A stretch of 63,597 bases of DNA, counting the filler, from Sanchytrium tribonematis (lineage: Eukaryota), in assembly GCA_018985235.1 (NCBI GenBank). It is 15 parts of 15 records of this genome, joined end to end, with 100 filler letters (N's around TTAATTAATTAA, not from the genome) between each part and the next. Parts side by side here need not be neighbours in the genome. Positions count along the whole stretch, not along the records: positions 1 to 16,264 come from JADGIG010000137.1; positions 16,365 to 17,509 come from JADGIG010001397.1; positions 17,610 to 33,844 come from JADGIG010000138.1; 12 more parts are not named here. One strand, given 5' to 3'. The notes below the pieces were generated by a model, which was not told the origin of the DNA, made no database searches, and saw only the letters and a list, made by a program, of their open reading frames with translations. Shown here in pieces: positions 11,796 through 24,020 of the stretch (within the stretch, counting starts at the first letter, position 1; each line of letters starts with the position of its first letter). The translations under genes were made by a program, and so were the position numbers.

Positions 11796-12948
11796 TTAAT
11801 TAAGACTCATTAATTTAACTACTATTTCCACAGACATGACCACTACGTCAAATATTAGAAGAAATATAATAATCCACGTCAAACTATCCATCTTGTTTCC
11901 CTAAGTGAATGTGGAGTACGTCCGAATGGGATGCAAGCATATCCAGCAAATCAGAGAGAACCGCTGTGCGGGTATTTAAAAGCTCAACTCTTTGAGGTAT
12001 TTGCATGTATAGCTTAATTCGATCATATATTACTTGAAGGTCGGGATTAGACCAAAAAAAATCTGGTATATCTAAAACTGACGAAACCAAATTGACTTTC
12101 ATTTTGACGTCATAAAGCTTACCACAAGTTCTTGCTATCTGAGTTTTGGAGAAACTAATATCGCCAGTCAAAGCCAACTCATCCGGTACAGCTTGAGACT
12201 CATTCAAAGTTGATGACATAATTTCTTCGTATAAAGTTAATTTTACCGATTGTGCAAAGCCATGGCTTAATGTCAACTTGATCATTGGGTCTGGCTGCTT
12301 TAGTGTTATCATATCATTGTATATCCGCGATTGATCCAATTTATCATAATATTGAAAGTGAAAATCTTCTATAACAATATCCTTGGAAAGCAAAGATCCT
12401 TTTTGAAGGTGTCTTACTTCGGTTAGAATAAAATCCTCTTGTTCTTCGGTCATATTCCAAAAAACAATACAGCCATACTCGAAATAAAATACTTCGCCGT
12501 ACCCGTGGTAAGCATTCGGATTCTCAGGCTCATAAACAAATGATGGTAAATTATAAATCCAGTCATATTGCGTGTATAGACACTCATCAAAAATTCGAGG
12601 GTATACAGAGTGTTTTTCTTGCAAAAACTTTATCAGCTCATTAGTGTTCAGTTCTTCACTAGTGCAGTACGCCGTTACTCGTGGTAAATCCCGTCTTTGC
12701 TCAGTCGGCAAACTTTCAGCAAATGTTTTTATGTCTTCCTTCCGAAGTAGTTCCAGTATATGTACTCTTTCGTAATCAACTTCGACATTCTCTACTTCTG
12801 GTAATAGGACGGCCTTAGGGTTCATTTTGCTGAATCGTTTTACCTTCTTTTCTTCTATCGGGCTTGTTATTCTGGCAATTGGTTCCAATTGTGGCAAGCT
12901 TTTCACCAGCAAATTTGCAGTTTCCTCGTGAAGTTCCTCATCACTCAT
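11796..12948 (-). CDS. RMD1/Sif2 (DUF155) family protein, 2 exons
   Basis: PRVTAYCT, FEYGCIVFWN, SHGFAQSVKL; intron 11901-11919 restores C-terminal TM (LTWIIIFLL). Confidence 0.9.
11901..11919 (-). other. 19-nt spliceosomal intron
   Basis: gtactccacattcacttag. Confidence 0.92.
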
Positions 12949-13007
12949 TTCTTTTGAAATTGCGAGACTTGGAGAGTTGCAAATAATTCTTGAAACTTTA
13001 GCTACCA

Positions 13008-15609
13008 ATGTTGATCGAACCTGTAGCATTCGAATTTAATGGAGAAATTCAAAGTTTTGCAGCGTACAATGACAAGCTTAGCTTTCTCTTGCATAATGAG
13101 ACGGGACACAAAATTTTAAGAATTGATTTAAAAAATCCTGAAGTAATTGAAGATTTTAATGTCACAGTATCCGATGATCATCTAATGAAACTACAAAATA
13201 ACATTCTTTTACTAACACACAACAAACTTAATATCGTAGACTTAAATTTAGAATATGACCTTGAAAGCAAATTTTCTGACATTGTTGAATATAAAGATGG
13301 TTACATAGCTTCTAGCCAACATGGCCATATATATTTTATACAGGGCTCAACTGTTCTAGATTCAGGACTTATGAATAAATTAAGAAATAAGTCTAAGCCA
13401 GTATTAAAGAGTACTGAAATAGGAAGCTTACCAGACGAAAAACTAATTTCTAAAATGATTGTAGAACCATTTGCGGATAGCTCCACAGTAGGCTTTTTAT
13501 TTATTCAAAACAGAATTTTATTTCAAGGATTGTGGGCCAATAATCAAATTTCAATTTTAGAAGTTTGTCGCGATGTCATAGATGTGGCAATTTACCGATC
13601 AAATGTGAATTCACCTATTTCAAAAGTTTGCATCGCAACGTCTAGAAGCGTTAATTTGGCCATACCTGATTATAAAGAAAAGATTGGAAAATGGATTACA
13701 ATTTCAGAAAGCATTCCTCTTGATGTAGTCAAAATTAGTCACTGCTTTTTAACTGAATATTATGTTGGAATTGTCGATGCTATATCGAAAATTGTATCTT
13801 TTTATTGGATTCCCGAAAATAGCTCCAAAATAGTGGAAAAGATTTGGGAATCCAAAATTCTCGATTTATACGGATTTTATCACGACACTCTTAAAAATAC
13901 ATACTGGATCTACACTAATCGACAGCTTTATGAAATCGTTTCTGTTAATGAAACAAAAGGTCTGTGGAAGAAATTTGTGGAAATACACAATTTTTCAGAA
14001 GCCAAAAAATTGTCAACTTCGTTGGAGGAAAAAGATGAAATTTTATACTTTCAAGGAAAGCATCTACTTTCAAAGGGACAAGGAACTAGTGCGGCTTCTT
14101 GCTTTGCTAATATGAGTCATTTTGATATTGACGGTATCACTCTTCTTTTCTTGGAAGCAAAGAGTAATGCCTTAAAAGACTTCTTAATTAAAGCTATTCC
14201 AAGACTGCCAAATAAAGTGTCAAAGTCTCTTGTCGTTCATTGGGCCTTATTTTTAGCACTAGAAGAGGCCAATGAACAAAGATTGCGAAAAGTAAAAAGC
14301 AACATGAAAGAATTTTGCTTGAATATCTTGTCCGATTTCAAATACTTGCTTCACAAAAAAACAGTTTATCAACTCCTTTATAGCCATGATGAAGACGACC
14401 TTCTTCTACAATATGCAAATTTGATTTCAGATCACAAATTTATCTTTCAATTTTACATTGATAAAAAAGACTTCAAAAATGCTATCCAAACTTTGCAGCA
14501 ACAGTCTGATGCTAGTATTATTCATCAAAATATATCTCAGCTGTTGCAAAATTCGCCCAAAGAAGCCATCCATTTACTCTTGGGCCATCCGAATATAGAA
14601 CCGAAATCGATGATTCCGCCATTTGTTAAACATTTAAGTCTTAAAGGTGAATCTGATCTTCCATATATACTGGATTATTTGGAAAAGATTGTGACCCTTA
14701 ATAAGGATCAAGCCATTCACAATTTTCTCTTCAGCTTGTATTGTCAGTACTGCAATGAAAAAGATACTCTAATTCCATACTTGAATGGCAATCATCGATT
14801 TTGCGATATGGAATACGCATTAAGGCAGGCTGAAAAGTTCAAGAAACATTTCACTATAATTCAAATTTATAGTGAGATGGAACTTCACAATGAAGCTCTG
14901 GATTTAGCACTTGGTCTTGAAGATTTCGAACTTTCGAAGCTGACTGTGAACAAAGTCCCAGATGAGGCAGAAAGACACCGACTTTGGTTAAGAATAGCAC
15001 GATATATTGTGGAAAAGAAGAAAAATTTAAACCAGTATTTACTAATTACGTAGAGCCTTAGAACTATTGAAAGAGTCTAGCCTACAAGTCGAGGACATTT
15101 TACCTTTTTTTCCAGATTTTGCTGAAATTAACGAATTTAAAAACGAGATTTGTGCTTCTTTGAAGAGACACAACACTGAATTGAAAGACTTGAAATCCAA
15201 TATTGAAAATTGGACGAACATATCTAATGAGTTGTCAGAAAATACCAGTGAGCTTCGAAAAAGATATGTTTCTATAACAAAAAAGGATAAATGCAGTTCA
15301 TGTTGCAATTTCCTGATACAATCTTTCAATGACTTTACAATATTTCCATGTAGACACGCTTTTCATTTTGATTGTATGGTTCTCGAAGCAGAAAAGCTTT
15401 TGCCATCCCGACAGGCCGCACAATTGAAAAATTACAAAAAAACATTAACAATTGCGAAAAAGGAATCTAATCTCGAGCTTATAGCAAAGCTAAAGCACGA
15501 AATTCACGAACTCACTTCATTTGAGTGTTGCTATTGTGGAGAACTGATGATTAGAAGCATCGACCAACCCTTTTATTCTATTAACGAGGATCCTTTATTC
15601 ATTGCTTAA
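13008..15609 (+). CDS. VPS18: Vps18/Pep3 (HOPS/CORVET subunit), 2 exons
   Basis: LWLRIARY, EDILPFFPDF and C-terminal RING (FPCRHAFHFDC...ECCYCGELMIRSIDQPF); intron 15035-15053. Confidence 0.93.
15035..15053 (+). other. 19-nt spliceosomal intron
   Basis: gtatttactaattacgtag. Confidence 0.93.
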
Positions 15610-16264
15610 TAAATTCCATCCTTCCATCCTTTATGTTTGCGCGATATCCCAAACTCTCTAGAGAGTCTTTAGTGTTGATGTTAACATCTTTCAAGTCCAT
15701 TTTTTTAATAAATTCACCATATTTTTCCACCTTTGACATTCTACTTATTGCAAATATAGAAGGCTCGCGTGTAAATGGTATATTTTGATCATATTGCGAA
15801 CATTCAAGCAAAAGAATCAAGAGACCATAGCCGTCAAATGAATCTAATATTTCTCGATCTACTAAACATGAGATTATATTTAGTAGCATTGGTTTTTTCT
15901 GGTGCAATTGACTTACTTTAACCACTTTATCTTTAAGCCTAGAGGGCTGCGTTCTTATGAGCTTAAGAATTTTTTCACAAAGACACAACAGTTTGACAGA
16001 CTTGATTCCATGTTCTAAAACTAACAGATCAAGTATATCAATTAGTGTAGAAGAAATTTCTAAATGTTCTAAAAGGCCGTCGATCCTAGAAGAAAGTGCA
16101 ATTTTTTTCATGTGCAACAAATCGTATAAAAGTTTGTTGTCGGATACTAACATCAAAAAGTTGCTATCAATGTCTTGCAATTTGAGAATAAAGTCCTCCA
16201 ACAACTCATTATGTATTTGTTGAGATAGGACTTTGTTCCAATTAATTAATTTCAAACATTCAGA
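15599..16264 (-). CDS. Ataxin-10/Ctr86-like protein, 5'-partial
   Basis: C-terminal GLLILLLECSQYDQNIPFTREPSIFAI resembles the Ataxin-10 domain. Confidence 0.65.
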   Translation of the reverse strand, partial: SECLKLINWNKVLSQQIHNELLEDFILKLQDIDSNFLMLVSDNKLLYDLLHMKKIALSSRIDGLLEHLEISSTLIDILDLLVLEHGIKSVKLLCLCEKILKLIRTQPSRLKDKVVKVSQLHQKKPMLLNIISCLVDREILDSFDGYGLLILLLECSQYDQNIPFTREPSIFAISRMSKVEKYGEFIKKMDLKDVNINTKDSLESLGYRANIKDGRMEFIKQ

Positions 16265-16364
16265 NNNNNNNNNNNNNNNNNNNNNNNNNNNNNNNNNNNN
16301 NNNNNNNNTTAATTAATTAANNNNNNNNNNNNNNNNNNNNNNNNNNNNNNNNNNNNNNNNNNNN
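16265..16364. other. Artificial contig linker (first of 14)
   Basis: N44-TTAATTAATTAA-N44 (stops in six frames); other copies start at 17510, 33845, 35087, 36327, 37564, 38800, 40034, 41264, 42494, 43721, 44948, 46174 and 62372. Confidence 0.99.
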
Positions 16365-16369
16365 CATAA

Positions 16370-16798
16370 TCATATCAAACAGCAAAATATAAAATCGGAG
16401 AAGATGGTAAACTAAAAGCAACTAAAGATCAAGGTACTGTGTCCCAATTCTACAAATCACTTGTCGCAACATTGACACAGGAAGGAGTCAATAGATTTAT
16501 TAATTCTATTGAGGGAAAAGAAAAGGATTTTATTAAAAAATTCAATGAAAATATTTCAAAAAGTGGAAATAATTGTATGGATGGTTCACATCATACCATT
16601 GTTACACCGGCATCATTAGAAGAAGAGCAAATGGCCAAAGAAATTCTTGAAAATTTCAACAAGGCATTTGTTGGAACACCAAAAGCAAACCCAGAATGTG
16701 TCGAAATGAATAATAATGAAAACAACCCATTTAGTGTGAAAGCCACTGAGAAAACTGCAAAAAGAACTTATCATTGCTTCTCAAACTGTATTGAATGA
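16370..16798 (+). CDS. Possible coding fragment, unknown
   Basis: Stop-free frame of ~140 codons without a clear upstream ATG. Confidence 0.3.
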   Translation, partial: SYQTAKYKIGEDGKLKATKDQGTVSQFYKSLVATLTQEGVNRFINSIEGKEKDFIKKFNENISKSGNNCMDGSHHTIVTPASLEEEQMAKEILENFNKAFVGTPKANPECVEMNNNENNPFSVKATEKTAKRTYHCFSNCIE

Positions 16799-17262
16799 TA
16801 AAACTGTGCACCACTGTAATTGATTTGATGATAATCACTATTTTTCTAATTGATTAAAGTATAAATAGATGTGTAATTTTTTCGAAAATGCGACTGGGGA
16901 ATTTAATAAATAACGATGATCACTTTGCATGCAAATATTTAAAAGGGATTTGAATTGCAAATTAGTCATACGAAAAAAGAATCTATAGTGTCTATCATGT
17001 AAAACAGGTACTTGTAAATGATACCAAATGTATGCTCTAGATATTAGTTGGTAAATGATCGTGGCTTTCTTGGGATCTTCTTGGGTGTCTTGGAATATAA
17101 ATAAAGCAGTAACAAGTCAATATCTTCGTCAGAATCACTTTCACGCATCACACTTCACGCATCACCCTACTTGCGATCGACATGAAAGATAATCGGAGCA
17201 GGTGAAACTATTGTGTAATCACTGACCAATTAAATTTATTCAAGGATCACTGACATGTGACA

Positions 17263-17460
17263 TCAACAGACCTCTGTAGAGCCTGTGATGATCATATTTA
17301 TATTTTTTATTTGAGAGAAATTAACCAAAGTGTTAATTAAATAAGATTTCCCGCTTCCAGGACCGCCATTTAGCAAGAAATATTTACTCGATCCATTGAT
17401 GATAGATTCAAACGCATCATATTGTTCTTCTCTAAGATTATTAATCTTAAATTTACTCAT
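17263..17460 (-). pseudogene. Truncated PIF1-like helicase fragment (Helitron relic)
   Basis: LREEQYDAF...LNGGPGSGKSYL...ITGST aligns by eye with motifs 0/I/Ia of the RepHel at 26641; stops after motif Ia. Confidence 0.75.
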
Positions 17461-17656
17461 ATTAATTGGTGAAATATAAAGTGTTTCTTATCTCAGTTTC
17501 TTCGTTATTNNNNNNNNNNNNNNNNNNNNNNNNNNNNNNNNNNNNNNNNNNNNTTAATTAATTAANNNNNNNNNNNNNNNNNNNNNNNNNNNNNNNNNNN
17601 NNNNNNNNNTTACCATTTAATTTGACCAATATAAAATTAGATACATCTTATGTGAC

Positions 17657-20101
17657 GTGGAATGTGAGTCTAATGCCCCAACGACTAAACACCGTGATTC
17701 TGGAAAATGTAAACTTCTTCAAGACCCGTCGTGGCCAGACAGTCTACTATCTCTGAGTATTTCCACATCTCAAATGAATGACTTTCCAAAGCTACCATTG
17801 TCTATCCAAACATTGATCTTGGATACACCAGCTTTTACAAACAAAGTTGTAAAGTTGTCTGATTGGCCAAATAACTTAACCAGGATTCGCTTTACAGATG
17901 TTCGTGTGGATGCAGTATTTCCTGATCCAACACCTACCCTGAATAGTCTCATTTTATTTACAAGTAGATTTCATGGCAGTTTGACCTTGAAATATAAATT
18001 AAATCTCTACATGATGTATTCCACTTTTGATAGTGTCAGTGCATGGGAAATGCCTTCTGGGTGTACATTTATTCAAAATATAATACTAGATTACTCACCA
18101 GCCTTGAATTTAACATCCTTATGCGGAACTGTGTCGCTTTATCAAATTGAAACAGCACCTGAAGATTGTGCAAAAGTAGTTCAAATCGCGGAAGAATTAC
18201 ACATGCCAACAGTTTCACCATCTAAATATGAGAGATTAAAAGCAAATTGTTGTCAGTATAATTATTTTGAATGCGAAAATGGCCGAGTGACAGTTATTAG
18301 TTTGTACGAGGCCAATTTGTATGGTACACTCAACATTTCATTGATACCTGATAGTGTTACGTATTTTGAGATCTTTGATAATCAAATCAGCAAAATAGTG
18401 GGTAAATTTAATACTTTAAATTTGCAAAGTTTTGTTATAGAAAGCATATGCCCACTGTTTCTCCATCCAAATATGAGAGATTAAAGAAAAACTGCTGCCA
18501 ATATAACTACTTTCAGTGTCAAAATGGTCGAGTGACATCTATTAGTTTATACTGGGCCAATTTGTATGGAACACTCAACATTTCATTGATCCCTGATAGT
18601 GCAACCTATTTTGAGATCTTTGATAATCAAATTAGCAAAATAGTGGGAAAACTCAGCACCTCAAATTTGAAATATTTTGTCTTAGACAGAAACAATGTCA
18701 GTGGACCTATTTTCGACATTCCCAGTAGCTTGACTCATTTGTACATTAGTGATAATCAATTTAGTGGGCCATTGGACTTGACAAATCGCCCTAATTTGAC
18801 TTATATCGATGTTTCAAGCAATTTATTCGAGGGATCTTTAAACATTACCAACCGATCTATGATTGACATAGAAGTGAGCAACAATTACTTCACAACCATC
18901 ATTAGAGACCCAGGGATTTTATATATTAAATACTGCGATTTATCATTGAATTACTTTGATGCAAATTCATTGGTAAATATTACTGGATGTACCGCGAAGC
19001 AACTGATTCAGTCACAATCCTCACCTTCATCTGATTGCAATTATGTCATTGATTTCGCACGAGCCATGAACACAGATTCAATTGCACCTGGAGTGTTTGG
19101 AAAAATTGTCAAAAATTGCTGCAATTCTGGATTTGCCACTTGTCAATCAGGTCGGGTCACAGATATTCAATTTCCATATATTTACATAGAACAAACTGCG
19201 CTGTATCTGAATGGTACATTCGGCAAGCTTGGATTGCCTCCAATGTTGTCTACATTGACAATGAATTCCAATCACAAAATTTATGGCAAATTTCCAAAGA
19301 TTCCTGCGAATATGACTCAAATTACAATTGGTAACTCTTATCTAAGTGGTGATTTGCCAGTATTTCCACCTACATTGACGGTACTGTCATTAAAAAGATA
19401 TGATTGGACAGATTCAAATACATTTTTGACAGGAAATTTGGTTTTATTCCAACCAACCACTGTTCTGGTTCCTTACAATCAAATATCAAGTATTTCAATC
19501 ACCAATACATCTTTATTGACTCTCTCTAAATGTGATTTATCATTTAATGCCTTGTTAAATGACACAAATGTGGGAAATTTGACAATGTGTAACAAGTTGT
19601 TTTTGGCATACGCGCCACCTGCAAGATTACAAATTGAGACGACGCAAGTGACAGTGCAAACAAGTGAACCATCTAGTTCCATTGCTCAAACTAGCAGCGT
19701 AAGCAGCAGCATCGAAGAGAGCTCAGTAGACTCCAATCCTTTTGAAGGAAATTCAACTTCGATTGTTTATCAACCATCATTCGGAATTGCTTCCTCTGAA
19801 TCGAATCTAGAAGGTGTGTACAGGACAAGTATTTCGTAGTTATTTAGTTCCAACAAGACGATTTTTCGTTCTAACTACCTCCTATTTAGCTGGAAATACA
19901 ACAAAAGTAGCCTCCAAAACTACAACTTTAGCCTCTTTTGCAAATGCAGATGCTTTTAAACTAAAGCAATCCACTATTGAACTAGGTTTAAGCTGGACAA
20001 TCACGCTTAGATTGATGATGGACTGCATTTTACTCGGATTGGTGATAAAAGTGCCAGTCCGTCAACAAAGTGGACACGGGATGTCAGTCTTTACAAAATA
20101 A
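17657..20101 (+). CDS. Modular Cys-capped LRR surface protein with Ser/Thr stalk and C-terminal TM; frame break at ~18447
   Basis: LxxLxIsdNqFsG repeats, CC-x5/6-C caps, CDLSxN C-caps; intron 19829-19847 joins the TM exon. Confidence 0.8.
18203..18685 (+). repeat. Diverged internal duplication (units start at 18203 and 18448)
   Basis: Both encode MPTVSPSKYERLKxNCCQYNYFxCxNGRVT...FEIFDNQISKIVGK; the 245-nt spacing breaks the frame. Confidence 0.9.
19829..19847 (+). other. 19-nt spliceosomal intron
   Basis: gtatttcgtagttatttag; fuses ORF 18448 to ORF ending 20101. Confidence 0.85.
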
Positions 20102-20148
20102 ATGATGATGTTTTATTTTTATTGATACCAGTTCCATTATCTCACCAA

Positions 20149-21477
20149 CTAATCCTCAAATGTGTCAAATAATTCTTTTGGCAAATATATTTTTAATACA
20201 ATTCCACTTAGAATGATAAATAACCCTGCAATCCACTTTATTGGATCTATATAAAGTGGAATAATCCATAGAAATAAGCTACTAAAGATAAATAAAGTGT
20301 GTAAAATGGAATTCACTTGAAAATGCATTTTGGGATGATGATTTCTGATTAAAACGAGAGATATACTGGATAGACACAAGAATCCATAGTAAAATGGACT
20401 AAATAATGATAATAATGAGCTGATATTGCCCACAGCAATATAAATGCAACAAAGAATCCAATTGAATAATAGGGCAAAACTTGGGGTCAAATGAACAGAT
20501 TTGTAGCCCAAAACTGATGGTACATCGCCCTGTAAAGCAGCAACGTATATTAATCGAGAATTACTCAAAACAGCTCCATTTATGGCACCCAAAGCAGAAA
20601 GAGAAATGAAAAATGGAATTATGACACCCAACGAGTCACCCAACAGGATATTGCCAAATAGATCAGCAACAGTGGATGTTTGAAGAATTGATTCAGCATC
20701 TAATACGATGAAATAAGAGAGATTTAAAAAAAGATAGGAAATGCCGACTAAAGGAATTCCAATTTGCAAAGCAGAAATTAAATCCTCAGGTCTATGAATC
20801 TCAGATGCCATGTAGTTCAAATTGCTCCATCCATCAAATGCGAATCCAGCATCGAATAAGCCAATGGTAAACATTTCCAATAAATTAGATTTTTCAAAAT
20901 AAAATGAGATTTCCCCTTTACATAAATCAGAATCAAATACATTTGCAAATAATCCGGCTAATATGATCCATGCTACTAATGATGATTTGATAATAAACAT
21001 GGTATTATTCACATTTTTAGATAAAATAGTGGAATAATACGCAATAAATGACAAAATGGAAATTAAAACCAAAGAAATGAATTTGATTTTAAATACAGTC
21101 GTTTCTTGGGTGAATATGGATGATAAATACATGCTGAATATATCACACATCACTGCCAATGAAGCAGGTTTCATTAAAATGATTGCCGACCAACTAAATA
21201 AAAAACTCAATAAATTGGCCAATTTTATATGAATATGTTTGAATCCATTTTGAATATATATCCCTTCACTGCCACTATTCGGTATTAATAATGCCAATTC
21301 TGCAAAACACATGGCACCAGAATAAGCAATAATGCCAGCAATTCCCCACAAAATCAATGCAAATCCGGTAGATGGCGTGTATTGCAATAGCAAGGGTGAT
21401 GCTGCAAATATCCCAGTGCCTATCATGTTCCCAACAACCATGTAAAGCGCATCTTGAAAAGAAAAGGATTTTTGCAT
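20149..21477 (-). CDS. APC-superfamily (LAT-type) amino acid permease
   Basis: VGNMIGTGIF, FAFDGWSNLNYMASEI; multiple TM segments. Confidence 0.92.
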   Translation of the reverse strand: MQKSFSFQDALYMVVGNMIGTGIFAASPLLLQYTPSTGFALILWGIAGIIAYSGAMCFAELALLIPNSGSEGIYIQNGFKHIHIKLANLLSFLFSWSAIILMKPASLAVMCDIFSMYLSSIFTQETTVFKIKFISLVLISILSFIAYYSTILSKNVNNTMFIIKSSLVAWIILAGLFANVFDSDLCKGEISFYFEKSNLLEMFTIGLFDAGFAFDGWSNLNYMASEIHRPEDLISALQIGIPLVGISYLFLNLSYFIVLDAESILQTSTVADLFGNILLGDSLGVIIPFFISLSALGAINGAVLSNSRLIYVAALQGDVPSVLGYKSVHLTPSFALLFNWILCCIYIAVGNISSLLSLFSPFYYGFLCLSSISLVLIRNHHPKMHFQVNSILHTLFIFSSLFLWIIPLYIDPIKWIAGLFIILSGIVLKIYLPKELFDTFED

Positions 21478-21522
21478 TTGTTACGAAAAATATCACACAA
21501 ATTTCAAGTTTTGAGATTTACT

Positions 21523-22779
21523 TTATTCAGCTAATGTGCTATTCAATTTATATGCCATCATAATCATCAATGCTGCAAATGTCTCTTCACCAGTGGGCTC
21601 AATTTGATCTGGATCAATCACAAATCCAGGTTCATTCGCATTTTCATCATCTGGTGGTCTCAATTCTATTGTCAAACTAAATATCCAATCCAAATCCGGT
21701 CTCCCAACATAGAAATAATCACTAGCTGCACCTGAAGTGGGATATAACCCAATAGATTTCTCATTTGTGTAATTACTTCCATATTCCATAAATTTATCCT
21801 TCATTTGTTCCCCCACCACTCTAAATGCTTCCTCATTTGGACAATCTTTTGGTAAATAGCCATATGGTCGCAAAATCATCTGCCCATACGAATGCAAGTC
21901 AACAGCACCTACCAAGCAACACAATGATTCATAATATTCTTTAGTAGCTAGTGCTTCTGGTTCACTATACGGCGCAGTGCCCTTGAAATCTTCATCAGCA
22001 GGATTCAACGATGCCCCATCTGTTTCATTCCAAAATCCATCTTGATAATTTCTATTCAAATCTACTCCCCATAATGCACTAGATTTATATCCATTTGTAT
22101 TCTTATTCTTTCTCCACATCCTATTATGCGTAAATGTATAAGAATATCCATCAGGGTTCACAATTGGGACAAAAATGATCTCTGATTGATCTAATAGGTT
22201 AATAATGGTAGAATTCTGATTATTATATTCATTGACAAGTGTGTATGCGATATATGCATTGGTAGATCCACTAATCCATTCTCTAGCATGAATGAGAGAT
22301 TGCAAATAAAATTGCTTCTTAGGGGTCGTATTTTGACTTGGACTGGTGATGTGAATCGCAAATAAATCACGCTGTTCTAATGATTTACCAATGGTCTTGA
22401 ATTTAATTAAATCGGGGTACATTTGAGATAATTTCAAATACCATTGTTTCATTTCTGCATAATTATGGAATTCATTAAAGAATGATTTGAACCAGTCTAG
22501 ATCCGGATGGGATGGTGGGACAATCTTGTGTTTCTTTAATCGATTGTGCTCTTTATGGATCATTTTATTGATATTTTGACTCAGGATTTTATAATTTGTG
22601 ATTTTTAATTCGTTAAATGCGCTAGTGGGCATGAAGACTGTCATACTATCTGCATTTGACTTCCATACATCATAATGTTGTAATTTAGATTGTATTTGTG
22701 GAGATGGATTATATATTTTATACAAGTAATGATTTGAGAAATCTGCAAAGTGACTGAAAATGGTCAATACAAAGAACAT
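21523..22779 (-). CDS. Secreted M14A zinc carboxypeptidase
   Basis: IHAREWIS, WRKN, GVDLNRNY, DLHSYGQ, TIELRP. Confidence 0.95.
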   Translation of the reverse strand: MFFVLTIFSHFADFSNHYLYKIYNPSPQIQSKLQHYDVWKSNADSMTVFMPTSAFNELKITNYKILSQNINKMIHKEHNRLKKHKIVPPSHPDLDWFKSFFNEFHNYAEMKQWYLKLSQMYPDLIKFKTIGKSLEQRDLFAIHITSPSQNTTPKKQFYLQSLIHAREWISGSTNAYIAYTLVNEYNNQNSTIINLLDQSEIIFVPIVNPDGYSYTFTHNRMWRKNKNTNGYKSSALWGVDLNRNYQDGFWNETDGASLNPADEDFKGTAPYSEPEALATKEYYESLCCLVGAVDLHSYGQMILRPYGYLPKDCPNEEAFRVVGEQMKDKFMEYGSNYTNEKSIGLYPTSGAASDYFYVGRPDLDWIFSLTIELRPPDDENANEPGFVIDPDQIEPTGEETFAALMIMMAYKLNSTLAE

Positions 22780-23023
22780 TTGATGTGAGAGATGTGCTGA
22801 TTATTTATAATCATCATGGTGTAATTTTAAAGTCACACATTGCAAATATGATGTCAAAATGACGTGACAAACTTGAATATTGCAAATCATGATAAAACAC
22901 ATCCTGTTCAAAATGCGATTATCTATTTGAAAATAGATATTTAATATTCCAGTGTAGATTTCTATGCGTCATGATATTCGATTTCCGATTTCAAACATCT
23001 CAAGTGGCTTTTCTAAATAAAAA

Positions 23024-23980
23024 ATGAAAGAATATCTTGGAATGTTGAGCATCTTTTCAGCATCATTCTCAGCATCTTTAGGGGGTTTAATAGGTAAATT
23101 CGCGTCCCTCCATATCCATGTATTCGATTTAGTCATGATTCGATTCATTATTCAACTTATTTTGACTTCTCTTCTCTGTTACTTTTTTACAGTGAATCCA
23201 ATGAAGCAACCCTTTATTTTACAACAAATCTTTAGAGGATTCTTGGGTGCTGTGACATTCAGTTGTGCCATATGGGCTAATGCCAATATGGAATTATCAT
23301 CTGCCACAATGATTCGATTTATTGGTCCATTATTTACAATGGTACTCGCTAAATTCTATTTACAAGAGAGTATATCACGATTAAAAGTCATTGGGATGGT
23401 CCTTGGGTTCACAGGAATGGTCATTGTGAGTAAACCCTCTTTTATATTTGGAACTAAACCACATCCAGATTATCCAATGCGTCATTATGCCATTATTGCC
23501 AATCTTGTCAGTGCCATTGCCCTCAGTTTCTCAACCGTATTAACTAAAAAGATTATTAATCAAGTTAATATTCTGTCCATGATGTGGTATTTCGCAGTTG
23601 TTTCTGCCATTGCCACATCCCCATTACAACTTATTAAAATGACATCTAGTGATTTCAGTAGCATGGAATTACCATTAATCATGAGTATATGCTATTTCAC
23701 ATCCCAATTATTGAGTAATTTGGGAATGAAATTTGTACCTGCTTCTGTAGCCACTTTAATTCAAATGTCAGATGTGATATTCGGATTATTCTTTGGTGTG
23801 GTCGTATTTAGAGAAGAATTAGATGGCTATTCTGTATTCGGATGTTTGTTGGTAATGAGTGTGAATTTGTTGATGGCGTATGAGAAATATTCCACACGTG
23901 TGAATTATGTGCAATTAGAAACCAAACCAGATACAGATGAGATTGAATTAGAGCAAGTTGTGAAATATTCTAATAAATAG
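23024..23980 (+). CDS. EamA/DMT family transporter
   Basis: Duplicated 5-TM EamA pattern. Confidence 0.88.
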   Translation: MKEYLGMLSIFSASFSASLGGLIGKFASLHIHVFDLVMIRFIIQLILTSLLCYFFTVNPMKQPFILQQIFRGFLGAVTFSCAIWANANMELSSATMIRFIGPLFTMVLAKFYLQESISRLKVIGMVLGFTGMVIVSKPSFIFGTKPHPDYPMRHYAIIANLVSAIALSFSTVLTKKIINQVNILSMMWYFAVVSAIATSPLQLIKMTSSDFSSMELPLIMSICYFTSQLLSNLGMKFVPASVATLIQMSDVIFGLFFGVVVFREELDGYSVFGCLLVMSVNLLMAYEKYSTRVNYVQLETKPDTDEIELEQVVKYSNK

Positions 23981-24020
23981 TTTTCAAATTAGGTTGCATT
24001 TTGAAGCTTCTCCTAGTTTC

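Noticed and set aside
17140..17165. Short tandem duplication TTCACGCATCAC x2
   Set aside because: Only two copies in degenerate DNA; no evidence of function
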